Origin: Octopus sinensis
Lineage: Eukaryota
Assembly: GCF_006345805.1 (NCBI RefSeq)
Contig: NC_042997.1
Location: 142,724,001 to 142,788,000 of the forward strand
Length of the DNA stretch: 64,000 nucleotides
Direction of reading: 5' to 3'
The notes under the pieces are model-generated. The model did no database searches. It saw nothing but the letters and a program-made list of their open reading frames with translations, and had not been told where the DNA came from. Positions 25,410 to 40,769 of the stretch are shown here, in pieces (the stretch's first letter is position 1; every line of letters begins with the position of its first letter). The position numbers and the translations under genes are program-made.

Positions 25410-27269
25410 TGTAATGTTGAGCAGTATATTACGAGTTACAACATATAACTGTTTAGAATGTTACCAATGATATAAAAATATAACCATTTTATGCTTCTTT
25501 TAGCATGTGCTTTTTCCTGACTCGTGGACAACTATGTGTATGTTCTAATTTATATTAAATAGATTATAATCTTTACCTTCTTTCTCTTATTTGCTCATTT
25601 CATTGATGCTTATTGTCTTAGTAAATATTACCTGTATTTGAAGAAATAAGCTTAAAACAAGCTTTGCATCAAAATTATATTCAATCTCAATTTCTGTAGC
25701 TTCATAAATTAGAGAATTACAGTTGCAAAGAATCAAGTATTTGGATTTTCAGATTCTCTCATCTTTATCTAAAATAATCTGTTCATCTCTGTGTTCTTAA
25801 CACTGCTGTAGGACATTCCCTATTCACAAAGGTTCTAGTAAAATTTCTCTAACTATTTAAAATACCAATAAATTGTTCTTAAACCAATTTGACTTCTTTC
25901 TTAAACATTCCATTACAGCAAAACCTCTTATTAATGTAGGTTTTGTTTTTGTGTCATTAGATATGTGTCTGAAAGGTAGTGTTCAATGTGGCTTAAATAA
26001 TACTCTAATTTTCATGCAGATAACTGTTGATATCTGGTGATGGTGAGGAAGGTGATATATATCATTATCATCTTTTTATTGCCAATTTCCCTGTGCTTGC
26101 ATTACATAGATTCTCAATAGCCAGATGCCTTTCTTGCTGCCAACTCTCACCTGTTTCCAACTAAGGTGATATTTCAAATGACCAAATATGTTTTCATGGA
26201 AGATTGGTAGTGGGTACTGCTTGTATGACAGTAACACTTATTTTGCAACTATCATGCAGTATGAAGGTAATGAGTCACTCACACACTCACCATGGGCTTC
26301 TTTCAGTTTCTGTCTACCAAATCCACACATTGTTGCAATCAGCTACTCGGCGAAATTCAAGTAGACTATTATTTTTTGATATAATGAATAAATGTATGTG
26401 TACATAAAACTCCCCAAGAACAATATAATTTAGCAAGATATGTCCTTGTTAATTTAATAAGGTTGAAGTGTATATATATATTACCCAAATATCAAACACA
26501 TTTCTGTTTTAAAGAAAACTACCTTCCAGATGAATTAATGAAATATTTATGCTAAATATATTTTGTACACTTATTTAAATACTATTTGTACTTAATAAAT
26601 ACTCTTCTTTCTTAATTACTTTGTTACTGAAGGGTTTTATGAGAAACTGGTTTTAAATGTTTGAGAAATTAACTCTAGATTTAGTTCTATATTAAAAAGA
26701 CAATACAACGTTATTGTCTTTTTCTTTTTTATTAGGAAACATAACCTAGATATTTTTTAATGACTTTAGCACATAACTATAATTATGGGAGGTTAACTAA
26801 GTACTATCTGCCAAATGGTGTCAATATTGTTTTGCAAGACTGTATAATGGGTCAGATCAGATGTTTTTGGCAATATGATAGCATCATGTAACTTAAAGCA
26901 GTCAGTGAGCAATAATAGTTTGTTTTCCATCAAACTTACTCTATTTTAAAATTTACTAGTTATTTACAATATCAACTCATTTAATACACATGTGTTTTAC
27001 TTCTACTTACATAATAAAATGTAAATCATGCACTTAAAGCTGCTTGATGTATAGATATTTTTTCTTTATCATTGCATTTTAAAGAAATTATAAAATTTCT
27101 ATAGCCTACAGGAGAAAAAAATTAACTTCTTTTATTCTAGATTTTATCAAATAAAAACAGGAAGCTCAAGATCACTTCACTAAATTTAATTATGCTATCC
27201 GATGCAAATGTTTACAAATATTGGTTCATTTACAGTTTCAATGGAAGTTACTGATTAAATAATGATAAT

Positions 27270-27596
27270 CAGACAAAATATTTGGCAGTATTATTTTTGG
27301 CTTTTAATGCTCTGAGTTCAAATTTCACTGAGGTTAACTTTGCCTTTCATCCCTTCAGGGCTGATGTAATCAACTACCTTCTCTCCCTAAAATTGCTGGC
27401 CTTGGGTTGAAATTTGTAAGAATTATTATTTAGGCAATGAACTGCCAAAATTATTAACACATCAGACAAAATGCTGAGCTCAACTTTGCCTTTTGGGAAT
27501 TGATAAAATATAGTACCAGTCTAGTACTGGGGTCAGTGTAATTCTCTTGTTTCTTCCCTTTAAAATTACTGGACATGTGACAAAATCAGAAAGAAC

Positions 27597-27629
<33 letters not shown>

Positions 27630-27847
27630 GGTGGCAAGCTGGCAGAATTATTAGCATGCTGGACAAAATGCTGAGCCACATTTCATCTGTTGCTATGTTC
27701 TGAGTTCAAATTCCACCAAGGTCAACTTAAGTACCAGTTGAGTACTGGGGCCAATGTAATAATAATAATTAGCATGCTGGACAAAATGCTTAGTGGTATT
27801 TCACTCATTGCTACATTCCAAGTTCAAATTCTGCTGAGGTTAACTTT

Positions 27848-27850
<3 letters not shown>
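27270..27850 (+). mobile_element. Train of about 4 full or truncated (ATT)n-linked tRNA-headed SINEs
   Basis: Repeated GAGTTCAAATT B box, ACTTTGCCTTT core and GCTGGCAGAATT head motifs in the same orientation. Confidence 0.75.
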
Positions 27851-27879
<29 letters not shown>

Positions 27880-28408
27880 CATTGCATGCCATCAAAGTGA
27901 CACGAGTAAAATATACGAAGCCCAGTATACCCACCATGGCTACCTGTCTGATAAGGGCACACTAGACATATGCATCACAACTATATGTGCGCAACATGGT
28001 GATCTCATATCAAGATAAATAGCACATGACTTTGCAGGTGGGGCCCAGTTAGAATTTCTTCAGGTTGAATAGTTCATCTCACTCAAAAGGTCCCTGATTT
28101 TGGGTTTAAGGATGTTAAATGAAACACCCATGTTTCTGGAGGTGAATTATCTAAACCCCAAAGGATTCCTCTCAACACATGGCTATGATGCTCCCCCACT
28201 ATTTCTGCTCATGATCAGATATGCACGTATTGTCAGCCACTAAGGGACATGCTCAACTAGTTAAGGTCAAACAACTGACAAGCAGATCTGTGTTATTGAG
28301 CAGAATATTTGCTGTAGCCCATCTTTTATACCAAGACAAAACAATGTGCATGATAACACTTTCCAATCAGTTAAGATCAGAAGCCATGAGAGTCACTGCC
28401 TGAACTGC
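27851..28408. mobile_element. Unclassified ~540-bp dispersed element, copy 1
   Basis: Aligns end-to-end with 38821-39350 and partly with 45281-45703; bordered by ATT/(ATT)n. Confidence 0.85.
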
Positions 28409-28437
28409 ATTATTATTATTATTATTATTATTAATTA

Positions 28438-28493
<56 letters not shown>

Positions 28494-28789
28494 GGGTGCT
28501 GGTATTGCTCTTTACATTCTGAGTTCAAATTCTGTTGGGGGTCAACTTTTCTTTTTGTCCTTTCAAAGTGAATAAAATTAAATGTTATGTGCTGAGGTTG
28601 ATATAATTGACAAACTCTCTTCCCCCAAAATTTCTGGCCTTTTGCTTAAATTAGAAAAAGATTATTATTCTTAGGGTCATGGATTGTTAGAATCATTAGA
28701 TCATCAGAAAGAAATACCTTGTGGTATTTGTTCCAACTCTTTACACTCTGAGTTCAAATCCTGTTTCAAACCCTAATCTCAACATGATG

Positions 28790-29400
28790 CCATGTGGGTA
28801 AGTCTTTGAGTTTTGGGTTATAAATTTGTCTATCTTTTTTTATCATTCCCACAGCACTTATTATTATGGGTTATGTTTCTGTTTACATATCTAGTTTTCT
28901 ACATTTCCAGATCCTTATAGTTGGATAATTTCTACATTTCACTTAGAAATATCTTGTCATCTGTTGGAATTGGTATATCAATTTGGAGATGTATTTTTTA
29001 TTTATTATGGTCTTTGACAATGATATCCAGATTGTTTGTTCTAATCTCTTTGTATAAATTGGAACATCTCAAAGTATAATCTCTGTCTGTCGTTCTCTGA
29101 GATCGTTTTCATATGGATATTTCATAATCATGGAATAGTTTCTACTGTATGAAAGCTCCAACTCTGTCAGCTCACTTTATATATTCCATTGTGATTAAGA
29201 CTTCACTGTGAAACATATGTCATTGACTCCTTTACAACCTCTACATTTTCTGCAATTCTCTGTTGCCTTAATGTATGATTTTGGTATCCAGAGTATGCAT
29301 TTGAGGCAATATTAAATTAAAATAGCCACCTATGTGTCATGCTCAATGTATGTACACTGTTGATAGACCAGTTACTGTGGTAGCTGTCCTGAGATAACAT
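28790..29400 (-). mobile_element. R4/Dong-like LINE fragment (CCHC region plus RLE), decayed
   Basis: Interrupted minus translation: CRKCRGCK, IIL*DVPIY, IDIPIPTDD, KLSNYKDLE and IISAVGMIKK. Confidence 0.7.
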
Positions 29401-29479
29401 CTCTTATGGACTTGATGTGTTAAAAACATTGTCCATCATACACATCATACATACAGATGCACATGCACAACATACATGG

Positions 29480-29960
29480 GATGTATTTTCATCTTTTTTA
29501 TATATACTGTGCTTTTAACACAGCTAGTCCATAAGAGAGTTACTACAATAACAAACCTGTTGACAGCACATACATTACATATGATACATACATGGCTAAT
29601 ACAATTTTGATAATTTCTGGTGGGAAGGCTTTTTCTTGTGCTGTTATCAAAACACCTTTAACCTCAGCTTTGTTTCCTGTGCTTCTCATCTAATGTTAAT
29701 TTTTTCCTAAATTTTACATCTTTTGCTCAGACTTGGCAGTATTGGCCATGTAGGAACTTTTCCTTGCCACCATGATAATTTGTAGTCCCATTTTAAATAA
29801 AGTTTCAAATTTTCTTTATACTTTCTCTTGCAGTTTCTTCTTACAGCCTCCACCACTTGTTTTAATTTTTAGATCACCTTGAAGATGTAAAACTAGTTTT
29901 TCATTTTGTTCATATTTTGAAATTATTTGTATTTAGTTCCTCTTTATTCTTTATTAGATA
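29480..29960 (-). mobile_element. Second R4/Dong-like fragment (post-RT region)
   Basis: Minus translation WQGKFLHGQY and KAEVKGVLITAQEKAFPTRNYQ matches the R4-clade LHGQY...ETEG.I.AAQDQ.L.TR motif. Confidence 0.7.
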
Positions 29961-32900
29961 TTTATAGTCCTACAGGTGATATTTCAAAATAATTTTCTAG
30001 TTTCTGAAAACTTCTGCATCCTTGTAAATATTAAGGTCTACTACATGAAATGTTGCCCTTCAAAAAAAATACATACACATTATAAATAGTTTATTTAATC
30101 AAAAAAATACTCCATTCAATTCTTTTAATGGGTCTCCATTTATGACTTTGATTTCCTTCATGACTCACTCTGGAAGCTCCCATCTCCAGAATGAAGTTTC
30201 TGAAACCCACTACTGCACTATCCACAAATTGATATAATTCCTAAAAAGTATTTGCATCACATCTGTTTTTCCTGTGCTTATTTAAGGTAGTATTTTTAAT
30301 GTTGGATACTCTTCATATCACTAACTTTTTCCTGTTTTATAAGTACATGCACAGCACACACACACACAGATAGAGAGAGACAGACAGACAATGGGTTTCC
30401 GTATAGTTTCACTCTACCAGTTTCATCCACAAAGCATATGCCATACAAAAGTAATAATAAAAGAAACTTTTCCAAGTTGCTGTACAGTGGAACTCAACTG
30501 AAGGCCACAAGGTTGTGAAGTGAACTTCTAAACCACACAGTTATACAAGTTCCTAAACATATCTCCACTTCAATATATAATCATATACTTTTCAATTCCA
30601 TCAGCTTATACTTGAGGCAGGAAACCAAAAATTAGTTTGGAAATATTAAAGTAATTGTTCATCTCTTTTTAAAATTTTCCTTTTAATAGGTTCATTATCA
30701 AAATCATTCCAAGAACTAACTGCCTCTATTCTGATGATGTATGCCCACTTGATGGTTATCAAATATAAATTTATTGACAAGCTCCTAAAAATAAATGTTT
30801 GGCTGTTTGCCCATTATTGTCCTAATCATAGTTATGTTTTTGTTTTGCTTTGTTTTGTTTTTTTAATTTAAACCTTTGAATTCATGAATAAATCATAATA
30901 CCATTTAGATTAAATTGATTGTCATAACACATTCTTTGTAGAATCAATTTAAATATCATTAACTATTAAAATTTAATTAGTTTGCATTTATAGTAATTTA
31001 CAACCAATCCTTGAGAATTAACAGCTATCCTTTGCCAAACATTTATTTAACTCATTAATTTATGTTAGCAGTGTTCAGGTGTTCATATTCTAAGAATATG
31101 AACTGAAGAATTTAGTCCATATTTGAGAATTTAAATAAATATATTTTACTTTGATGTATTATATTTTTTCATCAACTTTATTTTTAATCTCTACATTTGG
31201 GAAAGCTGCAATTTATCATATAACAACACGCTTATCGTTTCTGCTAATTTATTTCACATTATTAATTACTCTCACCTTAAATGAGTTAGTAATTAAATTG
31301 GAACTTATTTATTAGTATAGACCGTTGCATGATAAACAGGTGTCATGATACCTGTGAAACATGATTTGCATATTGATTTAGCAATTATTGGTATAATGTA
31401 AATCAAATTAAGAACTTAAATAAAGTATATAAATTAAGAAATGAATCTTAATCATTGTGATTGTTGGATGGTGTAATAATTATTGTTGGCTATGAAAGTT
31501 GAATGAATTTAAAATGGAAACACTGAGGCTCTAAGTAAAACAAAATCAAAATACCAAATATATTAAGCTCTATAAATTTAATTACATATTTAAAATAGCA
31601 TAGAAGATTTAGTAAAATAAATAATTGTATAAAGTCTTATGCTGAAGCTTTAGAATCCTGCTGTATTCACATATTCCTTTGTTGGCATGATTATTGCATG
31701 TAACAATTTTAATTACAAAATCTTGCATTGGAATCTATCATAATTCAATCATGAACTACATTGACTAATTTATAGGACAATGTCAAGAGTTTCTTTTAAA
31801 ATGACAGATGAAATGTCTGTAACCTTGGTGTTCAACAATTAACACCAACCAAATGACAAGTATAATTCTATATCAGCATTACAAATTGCTATATAATACT
31901 AACTCCAGATAATACCATTTATAGCATTCTACCACTGCTGTTATCAATGACCATTCCAAAAACAAACAGTACAAAATCAACCTACAAAATGCCAACTGAA
32001 CGAAAGGTTAACAACAGTGAAGTTCACTTGAAATGTCAAGATTACCTCAGTATTTAATTTTGTTATTTAAACACTAAAAAGCAAAGATTACTTTTCAAAA
32101 AATAATGATAAAGCATATAGAGATGAAAAAACAATAATATTTTCTCTGATATAAAAGTATAAGCATGCACATACATGTATGGTAGTAAAATGGCAGGGTC
32201 ATTAGATAGGCTACCTTACTGACTTTACCTTGACTGTCTGTGCTCTGGGTTCACTTCCTACTGTAATCAACTTTACCTTTCATCCTTTCAAGGTTGATAA
32301 AAAATAATGTGGCCATCCAGAGTGGTGGATTGGCACAACTGTTAATGGGCTGAGCAAGATGCTTTGTAATACCAACCACTTCACAGCATGTACTGGGTGC
32401 CTTTTTCATGCTACTGGTATTAGTAAGGTTGCCATGCAGCTCACAAGACTATGAATCCAGAGGGAGAGTGGCTTTATGCTATGAAATGAAGAGTTTAAGT
32501 GTAAGGACAGGGCAGATGCTTGTTGTAGAGGGGCTATATGGCTATTCATATTTCAAAGACAGAGTGAGAATGGTCAGTAGGAGCTGCAGCTCTGACAAAA
32601 GTGGTGCCAAGCTATATTGAGTGCCAGCCTTGCTCAAAATAAAATTTTTCTCAGGTCTGTGCATACATGTGAAGATACATGCCCAATCTTGACCAACAGA
32701 GGCCTGGAATTATAGTAATTTTTCCTATTCGTTAACTATATACACTGGGTAGTAAGCTTGATCTGTTGCTCAGCTTAATGTCACAACCTGCTTCTTATCG
32801 AAGTTCCTTTTTGCTATGAATATTCAGGCCAGTGGTTTGGGAATAATCTTATCTTGTCTTCTGACCAATCATAAAGGACCTGGAAAGGGCTATGGGGCAC

Positions 32901-33349
32901 TGATTAATTCATTGTAAGAGAAAGCAGGAAAAGATTGAATGTGGTAATAAATTTTCAATGAGACAACGTTAATTGTGAATGTTTATAGTAATTGGAACTA
33001 GTTTGAGTATAAAGAATAAACCAATTAAAGATTTTAAAAAATGATTTATTACATGCTTTGTGCTAATACTCTACATAGACTAAGTTTAGATGAATGGAAG
33101 AGCTTAAGTTACACAAACACACACATACTCTTTCACTCACATTATATATTTTATATTTTCATGTAGAACACAGCATGAATCAGAAGTATTGAAACAATAA
33201 ATGTAAATATTACAAAGCCTGGCTATGGAGGAAATAAGAATGTGAATACATCCATTCTATGCAGAACGTTTTATACTGAATTGTTAAGAAAAATGAGGAT
33301 CTTTCTGATTAAAAAATAGGTTAGAAAAGTAAAGTTACTGTGGTGTTAA

Positions 33350-33757
33350 TAATTTGGTTTAGTTCCTCCTATACCCTCGACCAAATTGTGCAGCAAGTTG
33401 ATGCCACTGGTTTCTGTTGCCTGTGGTTTTCTTTGCATCCTGACACATGGTATTGGCTTCTCACATGTCAATTACTGTGCCACAGACTTTCTCTCTTTCT
33501 GCTTCTCTCTGTTGGTGTCCATTTAAAAGCTGTTTTAGTCCGACATTGTTCTGTTAATCTGAATATGTGACTTGCTGGTTTTAATCTTCATTCCCTGATT
33601 ATTTTACTTGGTGATCTTGTGTCAACTCTCTTTAGAATGTCTTCATTGGTTATATGGTCTTACCAGTATGTTCTCAGAATCCTTCTGAAGCGTTTTTGAT
33701 AGAACACATTTAACTTTCTGTCAGTTTTCACAATATTCTTCCATTCTCTCGCTGGCA
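33350..33757 (-). mobile_element. RTE LINE 3' fragment
   Basis: Minus translation RKLNVFYQKRFRRILRTYW*DHITNEDILKRV...KTAFKWTP matches the RTE C-terminal region. Confidence 0.85.
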
Positions 33758-34550
33758 TAGTTAATAATAACTCAATTCAGCTATTGGTTAAGTAATAAGT
33801 GAATTAAGCTGTTATAGAGCATAATTTCTTAGACAGTATCAAGAAAACTAAGCAACAAACTTATATCAGCATAAATTAAATCAATAGAACCTCTTTTAGG
33901 CATTAGATTTCTAATTCTTATACATTTCTTTCAATTTTCATTGAATCTTTTTTTTTTAATTAAGTTTAGATCTTTATAAGTTATTTCGAGTGAATAAAAA
34001 AATAAAACTTTTTTCCTCTTTTTTTTTTGTTGATCTTTACTATAACTTAGTTTGAAATTTATACTTTTTTTTTATTTTTTCCCTTCTTTCTTATTCATGT
34101 GCAGTGATTCTTTTTTTAAATTCCATCAACAATCTTCATTCAATTTTTGTTTGTTTGTTTTTTAAATAACAGCAGTATATGAATTAGCTTTTTTTTTATA
34201 TCTAGTCCATTCTTTCATTTTATATCTGCATTGATATTTATGAACATCTCTTGTTCTCTTAATGCAACCATAGCCATCATCTCAATCAACAATCTATTTC
34301 TCTTGTATAGATTGAAAGCCAGTCTTACATCATACTAGATGTACTCTCCTCCTAACATCATACTATGTGTACTATACTACCAACAGCAAGCTGAATGTAC
34401 TGTACTGGTGAACAGACAAGTGTTATTAAAACGACTTAGAAATAAAGTTTTTTTTTCTTAAACTATTTATCTTCATTTACAAATCCTTCAAGTTAGAATT
34501 TAATACAAATATTTATCAACCCTATATTACCTATTGATATCCTTATATAT

Positions 34551-36250
<1,700 letters not shown>

Positions 36251-37404
36251 GTGAAAATCAAAATCAAAATCAAAACAAATCAAAATAGATGAACATCAAT
36301 GGAATCTGTATCTTTGTGGTACCAGTGCCGGTGGCACACAAGAGAACCATCCGAACGTGGCCGTAGCCAGTACCGCATCGACTGGCCTCCGTGCTGTGAG
36401 CACATAACAAACACCATCCGATCATGGCCGTTCGCCAGCCTCATCTGGCACCTGTGTCGGTGGCACATAAAAACACCTTCCGAAGACCCGTCAAGACTAG
36501 TCAGTCCACCTGTGCATACCTTCCTTCTTGTGACACTTGTGAAGACCGGTTGAGGCAAGTGAAAATCAAATCAAATCAAATCAAATCAAATCAAAATAGA
36601 CAAAATAGATGAACATCAATGGAATTTGTATCTTGTGGTACCAGTACCTGTGGCACACAAGAAATCCATCAGTGCTGTAGTCAGTGCGGTGGGCACATGA
36701 CAAACACCATCCGATCGTGGCCGTTCGCCAGCCTCATCTAGCACCTGTGTCGGTGGCACATAAAAACACCATCCGAAGACCCGGCAAGACTAGTCAGGCC
36801 ATAACCCATGGCCCCTACCTGGGACGTAGTCAGTCCACCTGTGCATACCTTCCTTCTTGTGACACTTGTGAAGACCTGTTGAGGCAAGTGAAAATCAAAT
36901 CAAAACAAATCAAAATAGATGAACATCAATGGAATTTGTATCTTTGTGGTACCAGTGCCGGTGGCACGTGGCACACAATAAAACCATCCGAACGTGACCG
37001 TAGCCAGTACCGCATCGACTGGCCTCCGTGCTGTGGGCACGTAACAAGCACCATCCGATCGTGGCCGTTTGCCAGCCTCATCTGGCACCTGTGTCGGTGG
37101 CACATAAAAACACCATCCGAGCGTGGCCGTCTGCCAGCCTCGTCTGGCACCTGTGTCGGTGGCACATAAAAAACACCATCCGAGCATGGCCGTTTGCCAG
37201 CCTCGTCTGGCACCTGTGTCGGTGGCACATAAAATCACCCACTACACTCTCGGAGTGGTTGGCGTTAGGAAGGGCATCCAGCTGTAGAAACACTGCCAGA
37301 TCTGACTGGACTGGTGCAGCTTTCGGGCTCCCCAGACCCCAGTTGAACCGTCCAACCCATGCTAGCATGGAAAGCGGACGTTAAATGATGATGATGATGA
37401 TGAT
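36251..37404 (+). mobile_element. Three head-to-tail ~310-330-bp monomers ending in the RTE-type (TGA)n tail
   Basis: Monomer starts GTGAAAATC at 36251, 36559 and 36888; tail GCATGGAAAGCGGACGTTAAATGATGA at about 37365-37404. Confidence 0.9.
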
Positions 37405-37434
37405 ATACATACATATATATATATGCATATATAT

Positions 37435-37492
<58 letters not shown>

Positions 37493-37715
37493 CATACATA
37501 TATGTATATATATACATATATATATACATACATATATGTATATATATATACATATATATATACATACATATATGTATATATATATACATATATATATACA
37601 TACATATATGTATATATATATATATATATATACACATATATGTATATATATATATGTATATAGGTATATATATGTATACATATGTATATATATATATGTG
37701 TGTGTGTGTGTGTGG

Positions 37716-37790
<75 letters not shown>
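37405..37790. repeat. (TA)/(CATA)/(TG) compound microsatellite with a 34-36-bp higher-order unit
   Basis: CATACATA at about 37493, 37527, 37563 and 37599. Confidence 0.9.
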
Positions 37791-37792
<2 letters not shown>

Positions 37793-38260
37793 TACATAGA
37801 AATATGGTAACTATTTTAAAATTATTTGTTACGTTTTATTAAATTGTTCTGTTTACCCTTTCTTCTCTCCTTTGTTTATAACCAAAAATATTTCATCACA
37901 TAAGGAATAGCAACACTAGAACCAACTCTGATCAATGTATTCTTATGTCTTTTTTTTTTATCAACTTCTATTTATTTATCATTATCCTTATCACCTTGCT
38001 AATATCATTGCCATTATTAGCACTGCATGATGGCACTCTGGTATAATTCCAGATATTTTTATGCACTTCTGTATTTAAGTGGTTTGCTGTTCTCTAAGTG
38101 TGTGTGGGTATGTAAAATACGCATGCACACACACACACACTCTCACACACTATTTTCTATACTTTACACACGTTTTTGTTTCTTGCAATGATGATGATAA
38201 TGGTTATTATTATTATCATCATCATCATCATTGTCATCATCGTCATCATCATCACCATCA

Positions 38261-38292
<32 letters not shown>

Positions 38293-38319
38293 GTTTATTA
38301 TTATTATTATTAGCACATT

Positions 38320-38497
38320 GGACAAAATACTTAGTGGCATTTCTTCTAGCTCTTTGCATTCTAATTCAAATTCCACCAAGGATAACATTGTCTTTTTTTC
38401 TTAAAGGATCAATAAAATGAGTACTGGTTGCACATTGGAGTCTATGTAATTGACTTCCACCTTCCTTCAGTATGCCTTGTGCCTTATTCAAAACAAA

Positions 38498-38550
<53 letters not shown>

Positions 38551-39806
38551 TACTATTATTATTATTATTATTATTATTATTATCATAGTTATTATTATTA
38601 TTGAGCTAGCAGAATTGTTAGCAGGCTGGGCAAAATGCTTAGCAGCATTCTCTCTCTCATTACATTCGGGATTCAAATTCTGCCAAAGTTGACTATACCT
38701 TTCATCCTTTTAGGATCAATAAAATAAGTACCAGTTGAGAACTGAGGTTTATGTAATCAACTTATCCCCTCCCCTGAACTTGCTGGCCTTGTGCCAAAAT
38801 TTAAAACCATTGTTATTATTGAGTGAGAGAGCAGTGCATACCATCAAAGTGACACCAGAGTAAAATATACAAAGCCCAGTAGACCTATCATGACTACCCA
38901 TCTGATAAGGGTACACTAGGCATGTGCATCATGACCTTATGTGCACAACATGGTGATCTCATATCAAGATTAACAGTGCATGACCTTGCAGGTGGGGGCC
39001 CAGTTAGAATTTTCTTCAGGTCGAGTAGCCCATCTCTCAAAAGGTCTGAATAAGGGTTGTTTAAGGATGTTGAATGAAGCACTCATGTTCCAGAGGTGAA
39101 TTATCCAAACCCCAAAGAATTCCTCTCAACACATGACTATGATGCTCCCCCACTACTTCTGCTCATGATATCATGAACCACAAAGGGACATACTCAACTG
39201 GCTATGGTCAAACAACTGACAAGCAAATCTGTGGTATTGAGCAGAATATTTGCTGTTGCCCATCCTTCTATACCAAGACAAAATCATGTACATGATAACA
39301 CTTCCAATCAGTTAAGTTCAGAAACCATGAAAGCCACTGCCTGATACTACATTATTATTATTATTGCAGCAAGCTGGCAGAATCATTAGCATGTCAGACA
39401 AAATACTTAGCAGCATTTCCTCTGGTTCATGTGTTCTGAGTTCAAGTACTGCTGAGAGGCCAATTTTGCTTTTCATCCTTTTGAGATCAGTAAAATGAAT
39501 ACCAGTTGAGCACTGGGTTCAATATAATTGAACAACCTCTCTCCCAAGATTTCAAGCTTGGTGCCTACAGCAGAAATTATTATTATTATTATTAGAGTGT
39601 CAAGCTGGCAGATTCATTAGCACACTGGACAAAATGCTTAGCAGTATTTCACCTGTCTCTATGTTCTGAGTTCAAATTCCACTGAGGTCAACTTTGTCTT
39701 TCATCCTTTCAGAATCAATTAAATAAGTACTAGTTATGCACTGGGGTCGATGTAATCGACTTAATACTTTCCTCCAAATTTCATGCCTTGTACCTACAGT
39801 AGAAAA

Positions 39807-39839
<33 letters not shown>

Positions 39840-40070
39840 CATCATCATCATCGTTATTATTATACAAGAAATAGTTGAAAGATAAACAAAATGTTTTGTA
39901 GCAAGTTACATCCTTTTACAGCCTGAGTTCAAATTCTTTCCAGGTTGTCTTTGCTATTCCAACATCCAGGGTCTATAAAATAAATACCAGTCAAGTACTG
40001 GAGTTGATTTAATTGACTATTCTTCTTCCCTGAAAGTTATGGCCTTGTACTTACACTAGAAACAATATTG
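38320..40070 (+). mobile_element. Train of at least 5 (ATT)n-linked SINE copies surrounding copy 2 of the ~540-bp element (38821-39350)
   Basis: Repeated head, B-box and core motifs separated by (ATT)n, all in the same orientation. Confidence 0.85.
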
Positions 40071-40738
40071 ATAATAAATACAAACAACAATGAGATATTG
40101 TTTCAGGTATAATCAATACATATATCACTTGATACAAAATGTATAAGAAATTAGATTAGAGTATTTTAAATGTATAAGCTGACAAATTTACTTGAGAATT
40201 TTTATCTAAAGCCAGCAGCTATTTTCTTTGTATATGATGTTGGATTAATCAGTTTTCAAGCAGTTACTAAAGATGTATTTATTTTCCTCTGTTAATCAAC
40301 AATCAGCTGGAAAAAAGGATGTCGTTCCTTCTAGCCGCAACAAATGAATTGCAAATTGTCTTTCATGGAAACAATGTATCTATGTTTTTTTCCTTATGAA
40401 CTTTTGTATTTAAACTTACTTCAACTACATTGGCTTGCATGTGTTTGTGTGTGTGTGTGTTTTCCTCAGTTTGTTCCAATGATCTAGAAGAATACTTATA
40501 ACCATCTATCAATATAGGTTGGCTGGAGTTTCTAACCTGGCAGCTTTAGAATGCTTTAAAAAATTCTATCAATTTTTAAAGGTCAATAATATACTATAAC
40601 ATATATTTAGCTACACATATGCTCATTTAGAACAATGTATTGATCATTGACTTAAACTTTTGCAGTTTTTTTTTTTTTTCTCCATTTTCTTCTATCATAA
40701 ACTGAGACTATAATTACAAATAAAACCCTCTAAATCTC

Positions 40739-40769
<31 letters not shown>

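Noticed and set aside
27930-27965. CTGATAAG in the ~540-bp element as a hammerhead core
   Set aside because: It sits in the loop of a TACC(Y)/GGG(Y)A hairpin, and I found no matching stem II-GAAA-stem III-UH arrangement.
33860-34500. Second 3' UTR-like, transposon-free tract on the minus strand
   Set aside because: Texture only; no credible coding exon or stop context could be attached.
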